DNA from: Escherichia coli
GTDB taxonomy: Bacteria > Pseudomonadota > Gammaproteobacteria > Enterobacterales > Enterobacteriaceae
Assembly: GCF_044324785.1 (NCBI RefSeq)
Contig: NZ_CP172127.1
Reading direction: 5' to 3' (one strand)
Length of the DNA: 64,000 nt
Within the stretch, counting starts at the first letter, position 1, and each line of letters begins with the position of its first letter. Under the pieces are notes generated by a model. The model worked only from the letters and a program-made list of their open reading frames with translations, was not told the DNA's origin and did not search any database. Positions 27,338-37,840 of the stretch are shown here, in pieces. The position numbers were made by a program, and so were the translations under genes.

Positions 27338-28507
27338 TTAAGCCGCAACCGTCTGTGTGACGGATTTACGCTGGCCTCCATGGGCAGAAACGACGAGTCC
27401 CGCCGCTTGTAATTCCAGTATGCCCTTGCGTTTGATGTTGAGCGCCGCGTTGATATCGCGGTCATGTTCAACTCCACACTCTGGACACTGCCAGATGCGC
27501 TTATGTAATGGCATCTCCGACATTTTGTGACCGCAGCAGTGGCAGGTCTTCGAACTGGCGAACCATTGATCCAGTTTCACCAGATGCACACCTTTCTCTG
27601 TTGCTTTGTATTCCAGTTTTGTGATGAATCCAGACCATCCAGCATCGCCTATCGCACGAGCCAGATGGTGATTTTTCATCATATTTGCCGTTTTCAATGT
27701 CTCGACAATTACCGCTTGGTTTTCGTCAACAATTGCGCGAGATAACTTGTGCTGGAAATCGGCACGGGCACTAGCTACCCGTTCGTGAACGGCTGCAAGT
27801 TGTATTCTGGCTTTGCGCCTGTTTGCGCTCCCTTTTTTCTTACGGGACAGTGCTTTCTGCTTCCGGCGCAGGTTGCGACTTGCATTGATTAGGTGGCGGG
27901 GACTGGCAATTTTATTGCCGTCCGATTTGATGACAAAATGCGCCAGCCCCATATCCAGCCCTGTCACATTTGATATCAGTGCGGGCTTTGCCGGCGCTTC
28001 CATCCCGTCGTCACAGAGTAACGACGCGTAGTATTTCCCGGTTGCGCTGCGGCTCAACGTGATACTTTTCAGCATTCCCGTAATTTCACGATGTAAACGC
28101 GCTTCAATCGGCAAGATTTTCGGTATTTTTATCGCACCATCAAGGACTTTTATGCCAACACAATGATAGCTCGATTGTCTGCCGTGTTTACTTTTAAAGG
28201 TTGGTTTACCTGCTTTCAGTTTCGGATTGAAAAAGTTAGAAAAAGCCACGTCGAGGTTAATTACCGCCTGCTGCAACGCAATAGAATCATATTCTTTAAG
28301 CCATCCATACCGGCGGGATTTCTTCGCCACTGCAAGCAGTGGTTTGAGGTCTTTACGCGGGTTTAAATTTACGCGGTGCCGCTGGTAAGAATGTTTCTTG
28401 ATATGCAGAGCTTTGTTGTACGCAAAACGCACTGCACCGAACTGGGCGTTGATAAATTCAGCCTGTTCTGGTGTCGGGTAGATGCGTACTTTTGTTGCTC
28501 TTAACAT
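27338..28507 (-). CDS. tnpB: TnpB (IS605 OrfB family; RuvC-like RNA-guided endonuclease)
   Basis: 389-aa ORF; RuvC-I GLDMG, RuvC-II E in VIVETL, zinc finger CHCCGH...CPECG, RuvC-III HDRDINAALNI. Confidence 0.9.
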   Translation of the reverse strand: MLRATKVRIYPTPEQAEFINAQFGAVRFAYNKALHIKKHSYQRHRVNLNPRKDLKPLLAVAKKSRRYGWLKEYDSIALQQAVINLDVAFSNFFNPKLKAGKPTFKSKHGRQSSYHCVGIKVLDGAIKIPKILPIEARLHREITGMLKSITLSRSATGKYYASLLCDDGMEAPAKPALISNVTGLDMGLAHFVIKSDGNKIASPRHLINASRNLRRKQKALSRKKKGSANRRKARIQLAAVHERVASARADFQHKLSRAIVDENQAVIVETLKTANMMKNHHLARAIGDAGWSGFITKLEYKATEKGVHLVKLDQWFASSKTCHCCGHKMSEMPLHKRIWQCPECGVEHDRDINAALNIKRKGILELQAAGLVVSAHGGQRKSVTQTVAA

Positions 28508-28563
28508 AATCAGCGCTCATTGATATAATGCTTTTATTTTAACACTTTAGGTGGATATATCAA

Positions 28564-28989
28564 TTGAGTAATCATGATGATTTACTGGCGGGATTTCTCC
28601 GCAAACGACACAGTGTCAGTAAGCTGGTTGTGCACCTTATTTTTACGACAAAGTATCGACGCAAACTATTCGACAGTCAGATGATCGCTCAGTTGCGTGA
28701 GGCTTTTGGCTCCGCTGCGGCAAAGCTTGAATGCGAAATTATTGAGATGGACGGGGAGCCAGACCATGTACACCTGCTGGTTGCCTACCCGCCAAAACTG
28801 GCGGTCAGTGTGATGGTCAATAATTTAAAATCGGTATCATCACGTTTGCTACGCCAGCAGAACGCGCATTTACGTATGCAGAGTAAAACGGGGCTTTTGT
28901 GGTCGAGATCGTACTTTGTCTGTAGCACCGGAGAGGCAACGATTGAAACGCTCAGAGCCTACGTTCAGAGTCAGTCAACACCTGATTGA
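28564..28989 (+). CDS. tnpA: IS200-type Y1 (HuH) transposase TnpA
   Basis: 141-aa ORF; TTKYRR block, HuH motif HVHLLV, C-terminal catalytic Tyr (RAYVQSQ); only in-frame start is TTG at 28564. Confidence 0.85.
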   Translation: MSNHDDLLAGFLRKRHSVSKLVVHLIFTTKYRRKLFDSQMIAQLREAFGSAAAKLECEIIEMDGEPDHVHLLVAYPPKLAVSVMVNNLKSVSSRLLRQQNAHLRMQSKTGLLWSRSYFVCSTGEATIETLRAYVQSQSTPD

Positions 28990-29022
28990 TCTTTAAAGCC
29001 CTGCGGGCTTTTCGCCTTATAT

Positions 29023-29044
29023 CCCCGCCCGCATTGGGCGAGGG
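29023..29044. repeat. Left-end subterminal hairpin of the IS (CCCCGCCC-gcatt-GGGCGAGGG)
   Basis: Near-identical to hairpin at 27307-27326; lies just beyond the tnpA terminator-like hairpin (28994-29011). Confidence 0.65.
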
Positions 29045-29118
29045 TTTACGGCGTTTTTCGCTAAGCAATGACTACCCTGTTTCGCTTGCATCTCCGGTGA
29101 GTTTTGCCACCCTTATAA

Positions 29119-31865
<2,747 letters not shown>

Positions 31866-31888
31866 GGCATGCTCCAGGCCGAAAAAGC

Positions 31889-32545
31889 CTAGCGTAATGG
31901 AATGATATCGCCTTGCCAACCCTGTGATGAACGCTGACCGACTAACAATAATGAACCACGATCGGCGCGAACGATGAGACGACCATGTTCATCCCATAGT
32001 GCACTGTTACCACGGGCATTTGCCATCAGCACGGCAATTGAGTACTGATGTGAAAAAAATTGTAAGCGGCGGGTAGATGCCAGTAGGTCGGGTTCCCCCA
32101 GACATTGCCCTGTCGTAAACAGTGAACAGGTCGGGTCCATATCCATACCTTGCGGTTGTTCATCGACCACCGTGATGGTTCTGGAACGACGGCCCAGACA
32201 TGCACCATGACTCTGATGGTAGATCCCTGGCGTTTTTCGCCACGGTGCGAACACCGCAATTCCACGAATAAAGCGATCGTTATATTCAACGGGAAGGCCG
32301 GCAATGATGGTCATTCGCCAGGTCGTTGCAGCATAACAAAGCGGGTCTAACAGCGAGAGATCGGGTGGGGCAGGAAGGGCACGTCGCGAATAATCACACC
32401 CCAGTAAAGAAAGCGATGGAAAAACTAACAGCTGACATTGTTGCCTGGCGGCGGCCCTCACAAACTCCAGATGATGAGCTACCTGTTCGGTGAGTGAGGT
32501 TTTACGAGGCTCATATTGCGCTGCTGCAACTTTCCAGAACGACAT
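31889..32545 (-). CDS. yobB: Carbon-nitrogen hydrolase family protein
   Basis: 218-aa ORF recognised as YobB. Confidence 0.85.
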   Translation of the reverse strand: MSFWKVAAAQYEPRKTSLTEQVAHHLEFVRAAARQQCQLLVFPSLSLLGCDYSRRALPAPPDLSLLDPLCYAATTWRMTIIAGLPVEYNDRFIRGIAVFAPWRKTPGIYHQSHGACLGRRSRTITVVDEQPQGMDMDPTCSLFTTGQCLGEPDLLASTRRLQFFSHQYSIAVLMANARGNSALWDEHGRLIVRADRGSLLLVGQRSSQGWQGDIIPLR

Positions 32546-32646
32546 AATGACTTCCTTTTCAAAATGACTGCAAATTATGGGGGCGGTTTAGAAAATACTC
32601 ATAATTTAGCAGGCGTTATGTAAGAAAGTGTAACTCTGTATAAGTT

Positions 32647-32877
32647 TTATTTAAGTTTGGGCTCGTAAGGTAAACGTGACAGATTGACCGAAGCCAAACG
32701 GTGGGCGATAAGCCGCTCGCGAAACCAGCTGCGCAAATGTTCAGGCTGTTCACGTTCAACTGCTTCAGCGATCACCGGCATATTGTAGCGTTCTTTAAAT
32801 GCCACCCCGGCCGCAGCCAAATCGACATTCACTTTATCCATTTCTGTTTGATCCAGTTTAGCCAGATTCTTCAGCAT
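32647..32877 (-). CDS. holE: DNA polymerase III theta subunit
   Basis: ORF 32647..32964 trimmed to internal ATG (76 aa, [31 protein letters not shown]...). Confidence 0.88.
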
Positions 32878-33015
32878 TCTTAATCTCCTCATCATTCGCG
32901 GGCAAAAGTTACTAAGAGTGAGCCTGGATGGCAAGCCGGAATTGATGATCCTCGACTCAGACATTAGACAGGGTTATGCTCTGTAAAAAAGTTATTACAA
33001 AAAGGAATAGATAAT

Positions 33016-33390
33016 ATGACTTCAACTGCACGCACCCTTCGCTACGCGCTGGCAATCCTGACCACTTCGTTGGTGACACCTTCCGTCTGGGCACATGCGC
33101 ATTTAACGCATCAGTATCCTGCGGCAAACGCGCAAGTGACAGCTGCCCCGCAGGCAATTACTTTAAACTTCTCGGAAGGCGTTGAAACAGGATTCAGTGG
33201 TGCAAAAATCACGGGGCCAAAAAACGAAAATATTAAAACATTACCGGCGAAGCGGAATGAGCAGGACCAAAAGCAACTGATTGTTCCACTGGCCGATTCG
33301 CTGAAACCCGGAACCTACACCGTTGACTGGCATGTTGTTTCGGTGGACGGGCATAAAACGAAAGGACACTACACCTTTAGCGTGAAATAA
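33016..33390 (+). CDS. yobA: CopC-family periplasmic copper-binding protein
   Basis: 124-aa ORF with signal peptide; mature N-terminus HAHL typical of CopC. Confidence 0.88.
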   Translation: MTSTARTLRYALAILTTSLVTPSVWAHAHLTHQYPAANAQVTAAPQAITLNFSEGVETGFSGAKITGPKNENIKTLPAKRNEQDQKQLIVPLADSLKPGTYTVDWHVVSVDGHKTKGHYTFSVK

Positions 33391-33393
33391 ATC

Positions 33394-34266
33394 ATGCTGG
33401 CGTTTACCTGGATCGCGCTGCGATTTATCCATTTCACCTCGCTGATGCTGGTTTTTGGCTTCGCAATGTACGGTGCCTGGCTGGCCCCCTTAACGATTCG
33501 TCGCTTGCTGACGAAGCGTTTTCTGCGTTTACAACAGCACGCTGCCGTCTGGAGTTTGCTCAGTGCCACTGCAATGCTCGCCGTTCAGGGCGGGTTGATG
33601 GGAACGGGATGGACAGATGTATTTTCGCCAAACATTTGGCAGGCTGTTTTGCAAACGCAGTTTGGTGGCGTCTGGTTATGGCAAATTGTTCTCGCCCTCG
33701 TAACGTTGATCGTCGCCCTTATGCAACCGCGGAATATGCCACGTTTGCTGTTTATGCTCACTACCGCGCAATTTATTCTGCTGGCGGGAGTCGGGCATGC
33801 GACGCTGAATGAAGGGGTAACGGCGAAAATCCATCAGACTAATCACGCGATTCACCTGATTTGTGCGGCGGCGTGGTTTGGGGGATTACTGCCGGTGCTC
33901 TGGTGTATGCAACTCATCAAAGGCCGTTGGCGACACCAGGCTATTCAGGCGCTGATGCGTTTTTCCTGGTGCGGGCATTTTGCGGTGATCGGCGTACTGG
34001 CAAGCGGCGTTCTTAATGCATTGTTGATTACCGGATTTCCCCCCACGCTTACGACTTACTGGGGCCAACTCTTATTGCTCAAAGCTATCCTGGTGATGAT
34101 TATGGTGGTCATCGCGCTGGCTAATCGTTATGTTCTTGTACCGCGCATGAGGCAGGATGAAGATCGTGCGGCTCCCTGGTTTGTGTGGATGACTAAACTC
34201 GAATGGGCGATAGGTGCGGTAGTGCTGGTGATCATCAGCCTGCTTGCGACTCTCGAACCTTTTTGA
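33394..34266 (+). CDS. yebZ: CopD-family inner membrane protein
   Basis: 290-aa polytopic membrane protein, 3-nt spacing after yobA. Confidence 0.88.
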   Translation: MLAFTWIALRFIHFTSLMLVFGFAMYGAWLAPLTIRRLLTKRFLRLQQHAAVWSLLSATAMLAVQGGLMGTGWTDVFSPNIWQAVLQTQFGGVWLWQIVLALVTLIVALMQPRNMPRLLFMLTTAQFILLAGVGHATLNEGVTAKIHQTNHAIHLICAAAWFGGLLPVLWCMQLIKGRWRHQAIQALMRFSWCGHFAVIGVLASGVLNALLITGFPPTLTTYWGQLLLLKAILVMIMVVIALANRYVLVPRMRQDEDRAAPWFVWMTKLEWAIGAVVLVIISLLATLEPF

Positions 34267-34278
34267 TGGATTACGAAA

Positions 34279-34620
34279 ATGATGAAAAAAAGTATTCTGG
34301 CGTTTCTGTTACTCACCAGTTCTGCAGCGGCGCTGGCTGCACCGCAGGTGATTACCGTCAGCCGTTTTGAAGTGGGTAAAGACAAATGGGCGTTTAATCG
34401 CGAAGAGGTGATGCTGACTTGCCGACCGGGTAATGCTTTGTATGTCATTAACCCAAGTACCCTCGTGCAGTATCCGTTAAACGATATTGCACAAAAGGAA
34501 GTCGCCAGCGGGAAGACTAAAGCCCAGCCCATTTCGGTGATTCAGATTGATGATCCTAACAATCCCGGCGAAAAAATGAGTCTGGCACCGTTTATAGAGC
34601 GAGCTGAAAAACTCTGTTAA
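34279..34620 (+). CDS. yebY: DUF2511 periplasmic protein YebY
   Basis: 113-aa ORF with signal peptide; third gene of yobA-yebZ-yebY cluster. Confidence 0.85.
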   Translation: MMKKSILAFLLLTSSAAALAAPQVITVSRFEVGKDKWAFNREEVMLTCRPGNALYVINPSTLVQYPLNDIAQKEVASGKTKAQPISVIQIDDPNNPGEKMSLAPFIERAEKLC

Positions 34621-34650
34621 TTACCTAAAATAGCCTTTTGATTTCCAATA

Positions 34651-34690
34651 AAAAACCGCCTCAGCTCTTTCACCAGAACGGGCGGTTTTT
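34651..34690. terminator. Bidirectional rho-independent terminator (yebY and probably RyeA)
   Basis: A5-ccgcc...ggcgg-T5: hairpin flanked by A-run and T-run. Confidence 0.75.
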
Positions 34691-34777
34691 AACATTTAAG
34701 CTGATGACCACCGCGCTTTTTATTGACCATTTTGCACGCAAACTGGAAAACCTGGCGTCGTCATCTATTCTTAAAGG

Positions 34778-34880
34778 GCAAGGCAACTAAGCCTGCATTA
34801 ATGCCAACTTTTAGCGCACGGCTCTCTCCCAAGAGCCATTTCCCTGGACCGAATACAGGAATCGTGTTCGGTCTCTTTTT
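34778..34880 (+). ncRNA. sdsR: SdsR (RyeB) sigma-S-dependent small RNA
   Basis: Sequence gcaaggcaactaagcctgcattaatgcc...gaccgaatacagg-aatcg-tgttcggtc-TCTTTTT recognised as SdsR; sigma-S-like -10 CTATTCTTAA just upstream; terminator hairpin plus U-run at 3' end. Confidence 0.85.
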
Positions 34881-35014
34881 ATCTGTTAAAAGCCAGAAGC
34901 ATTCCCTTCGCTGACTTTATAGTCAACCATAACACACACTCTACTGTCTGAGTCCAGCGTTTTTTAACATTCTTGTTAAGATTATGTGATCTTTAGCGCG
35001 GGAGGAAAATATTG

Positions 35015-35671
35015 ATGAAACAGCCTGCGCCCGTTTATCAGAGAATTGCGGGTCATCAATGGCGACATATCTGGCTTTCAGGCGATATACACGGTTGTCT
35101 TGAGCAGTTGCGCCGCAAATTATGGCATTGTCGTTTTGATCCGTGGCGAGATTTACTTATCTCAGTGGGAGATGTTATCGATCGTGGGCCGCAAAGTTTA
35201 CGTTGTCTGCAGTTACTGGAACAACATTGGGTTTGTGCGGTAAGAGGCAATCATGAACAGATGGCGATGGATGCGCTGACATCTCAGCAGATGTCTTTGT
35301 GGTTGATGAATGGCGGCGACTGGTTTATTGCGCTGGCAGATAATCAACAGAAACAAGCGAAAACGGCGCTGGAAAAATGTCAGCATTTGCCCTTTATTCT
35401 TGAAGTACACAGTCGCACCGGCAAACATGTTATTGCTCATGCCGATTATCCAGATGATGTTTATGAATGGCAAAAGGACGTTGATTTGCATCAGGTCTTG
35501 TGGAGCCGCTCGCGATTAGGTGAACGCCCAAAAGGGCAGGGAATTAAAGGTGCTGATCATTTCTGGTTTGGTCATACACCGTTGCGACATCGCGTGGATA
35601 TTGGCAACCTGCATTATATTGATACCGGTGCTGTCTTTGGGGGCGAACTGACTCTTGTGCAATTGCAATAA
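35015..35671 (+). CDS. pphA: Serine/threonine protein phosphatase 1 (PPP family)
   Basis: 218-aa ORF; metallophosphatase motifs GDIHG, GDVIDRG, GNHE; GGAGG SD 9 nt upstream. Confidence 0.92.
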   Translation: MKQPAPVYQRIAGHQWRHIWLSGDIHGCLEQLRRKLWHCRFDPWRDLLISVGDVIDRGPQSLRCLQLLEQHWVCAVRGNHEQMAMDALTSQQMSLWLMNGGDWFIALADNQQKQAKTALEKCQHLPFILEVHSRTGKHVIAHADYPDDVYEWQKDVDLHQVLWSRSRLGERPKGQGIKGADHFWFGHTPLRHRVDIGNLHYIDTGAVFGGELTLVQLQ

Positions 35672-35863
35672 TTAAAAATCACCGTACTCCTGTGCTGGTC
35701 GCCAGAAACCATCAATAAAATCCTCGATTGGAAAACAACCGCCATGGCGGATCCGTTGATCGCTCATAGAATAAAGACACTGCTGTTCCGTGTTGTAGAC
35801 ATCCACAACAATATCTTCACAACCGCCATCCAGGTAGCAAACAAAAAGTACCAGCGCGAACAT
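35672..35863 (-). CDS. yebW: Uncharacterised small protein YebW
   Basis: ORF 35672..35947 trimmed to internal ATG (63 aa); abuts pphA stop. Confidence 0.7.
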   Translation of the reverse strand: MFALVLFVCYLDGGCEDIVVDVYNTEQQCLYSMSDQRIRHGGCFPIEDFIDGFWRPAQEYGDF

Positions 35864-35967
35864 TTCATCCCCGAAGTGTGGTGCCGTACCGTTAAGTTTA
35901 GGAGAGATTTTACAACGGGGGAATAACCAGGACAAATAACCCGCCATGCCGACGGGTTCTTTTTGGA

Positions 35968-36204
35968 TCAGGCAAGACGCATAATCCAGGCATCAGATTG
36001 TTGATCGTAACGGGTACGGTAAAGGACAGAGTGTTCGCCATTTAGCAGGGCAGGAATACTGGTTTCAGCATCCCAGGCATCCAGTTGCATACATAAATCG
36101 GGGTCTGATTTACAAGGAATGGTTAACGTTCGATCACCCGGCGATTCACCGTGTAATTCGCCGTCGTCGATTTCAAAAGCGCCTATGCGCACACTGGTTT
36201 TCAT
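35968..36204 (-). CDS. yebV: Uncharacterised protein YebV
   Basis: ORF trimmed to MKTSVRIGAF... (78 aa). Confidence 0.75.
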   Translation of the reverse strand: MKTSVRIGAFEIDDGELHGESPGDRTLTIPCKSDPDLCMQLDAWDAETSIPALLNGEHSVLYRTRYDQQSDAWIMRLA

Positions 36205-36321
36205 CTTCGTGCTCTCCATTTAGCTGCCGATTGTGGTACGACCAGTCCGATCGCACCATTTTTCAGCCTAGTTGAGGCAGCCGAATGTGCCAGTCAAAAA
36301 GTGCGCTTTTTTTGTGCGCTG

Positions 36322-37761
36322 TCAGGCGTTACCGGTAAAAAGTTTCCCATCTCGCACCAGTTCACGCGGGTAGCTGTTTTTCAGTCGCGAACCAATTCGT
36401 TTGGCTAAACCAATCGGCTGATGCTGGAAAGTAACTAATACATCATCCGCTACTGGCGCGGCTTGCGGGTAAACATCGCGCCCGCGATACCACTCTTCCG
36501 CTTCCTGCGGTGTCAGTTCAAAAGCGTTCACATTGTCGGGGGAGGCAAGGGCAATAACCGCTTCATGCTGCCAGCGATAACCTTTATTATGCGTTTCGGC
36601 AAGTTTAATCCCCAACCGAGAAAATCGGACTTTACCGATCAGGGCTTCAATGCCTACCGGGAACAACCACAGTTCTTTGTCGCGTTGCCAGAGTCGCAGG
36701 TTTCCATCCCAGTTTAAGCCAACACTTGCAGCCGCCTGACGAATTTGTCCGGCTTCGCGATCTTTTACCGGGCTAAACGGAAAATTGCCCACTTTGTATT
36801 TTGGGGCGGGTAACGCAGGAATCGCCTTGGTTTTACGCAGACGAGCAACGAAGAAGCCTTCGCAGTCGTAAATTTGTGGGAAAACATGCAAAAAACCTTC
36901 TTCGGTCAACGCCTTGTTTGCACCAGGGAAGAGATCGCCAAGCGGTAAAAACTCTACTGCGTCGGGGTAAGTCTCTTTCAGCCACAGGCAAACAGCTTCG
37001 TTTTCTTCCTTGTTTAAGGTACAGGTTGAGTAGACCAGCGTACCGCCAGTACGTAAAGCGTGAAAGGCACTGTCGATCAGTTCTCGCTGGGTCGCCGCAA
37101 TTTCCTGATTGCTTTCCGGTGACCAGTTTTTCAGTGCGTCGGGATCTTTGCGCACTACGCCTTCGCCAGAGCAGGGGGCGTCCAGCAGAATGGCATCGAA
37201 CATTTCTGGTAACGCCGCACCAAAGACGCGACCATCAAAATGAGTCAGAGAGACGTTACGGATACCGCAGCGACTGATATTGGCATGTAACACTTTTACC
37301 CGGCTGGCAGAAAACTCATTGGCAAGGATCGCCCCTTCGTTATTCATCCTCGCGGCAATTTGCGTCGTTTTTGAGCCTGGCGCGGCAGCGACATCCATCA
37401 CCCGCTGTGGTGCATTACCGTCAGCAAACAAGGCGGCGACGGGCAACATTGAACTGGCTTCCTGAATATAAAACAGGCCACTTAAATGCTCGGCGGTACT
37501 ACCCAATGGCAAGGCATCTTCATCGTCGCGTTCAATCCAGAAACCTTCTTCACACCACGGAATTGGCGTAAGCGTCCAGCCATAAGGGGCGGTTAATTGC
37601 AGGAAATCAGCAACGGAGATTTTCAGCGTATTAACGCGAATACTGCGGCGCAACGGGCGCTGACAGGCGGCAAGAAAATCATCAAATGAGAGCGTCGAAG
37701 GCATCGCTTCGCGCATTTGTGTCAGAAAGGCGTCCGGGAAATAAACGGTGTGTTGGGCCAC
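36322..37761 (-). CDS. rsmF: 16S rRNA m5C1407 methyltransferase
   Basis: About 479-aa NOL1/NOP2/Sun-family methyltransferase; probable GTG start. Confidence 0.92.
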   Translation of the reverse strand: MAQHTVYFPDAFLTQMREAMPSTLSFDDFLAACQRPLRRSIRVNTLKISVADFLQLTAPYGWTLTPIPWCEEGFWIERDDEDALPLGSTAEHLSGLFYIQEASSMLPVAALFADGNAPQRVMDVAAAPGSKTTQIAARMNNEGAILANEFSASRVKVLHANISRCGIRNVSLTHFDGRVFGAALPEMFDAILLDAPCSGEGVVRKDPDALKNWSPESNQEIAATQRELIDSAFHALRTGGTLVYSTCTLNKEENEAVCLWLKETYPDAVEFLPLGDLFPGANKALTEEGFLHVFPQIYDCEGFFVARLRKTKAIPALPAPKYKVGNFPFSPVKDREAGQIRQAAASVGLNWDGNLRLWQRDKELWLFPVGIEALIGKVRFSRLGIKLAETHNKGYRWQHEAVIALASPDNVNAFELTPQEAEEWYRGRDVYPQAAPVADDVLVTFQHQPIGLAKRIGSRLKNSYPRELVRDGKLFTGNA

Positions 37762-37840
37762 GAGCATGTACCACTGGCAAAAAAACAGGCGCGCAGTTTA
37801 GCATAAACGCTCCGGCGCAGGCACGCCGGAGCAGTGAGCA

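Larger units (their letters stand above)
27295..29065 (-). mobile_element. IS200/IS605-family insertion sequence with divergent tnpA and tnpB; ends approximate (+/- 20 bp)
   Basis: Y1/HuH transposase plus TnpB ORFs bounded by near-identical imperfect palindromes (27307-27326 and 29023-29044) in the same orientation; about 1.9 kb of extra DNA between yebE and ptrB. Confidence 0.8.
34650..34900 (-). ncRNA. ryeA: RyeA (SraC) antisense RNA overlapping sdsR; ends approximate
   Basis: Known antisense partner of SdsR; extent inferred from the bidirectional terminator at 34651-34690 and a literature length of about 250 nt. Confidence 0.4.

Noticed and set aside
26656-27477. 273-aa minus-strand ORF spanning the yebE 3' half, the IS right end and the tnpB 3' end
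   Set aside because: Crosses the IS boundary and is antisense to yebE; it cannot be an ancestral gene and has no recognisable protein features.
27338-28989. Interpreting tnpB-tnpA as a novel defence or CRISPR-Cas12-like system
   Set aside because: No CRISPR array or cas1/cas2 nearby; architecture and end hairpins are those of a standard IS605-type transposon, so it is a known mobile-element system (TnpB/omega RNA) rather than a new defence locus.
34723-34914. 63-aa ORF overlapping sdsR
   Set aside because: Coincides with a recognised small RNA and its terminator.
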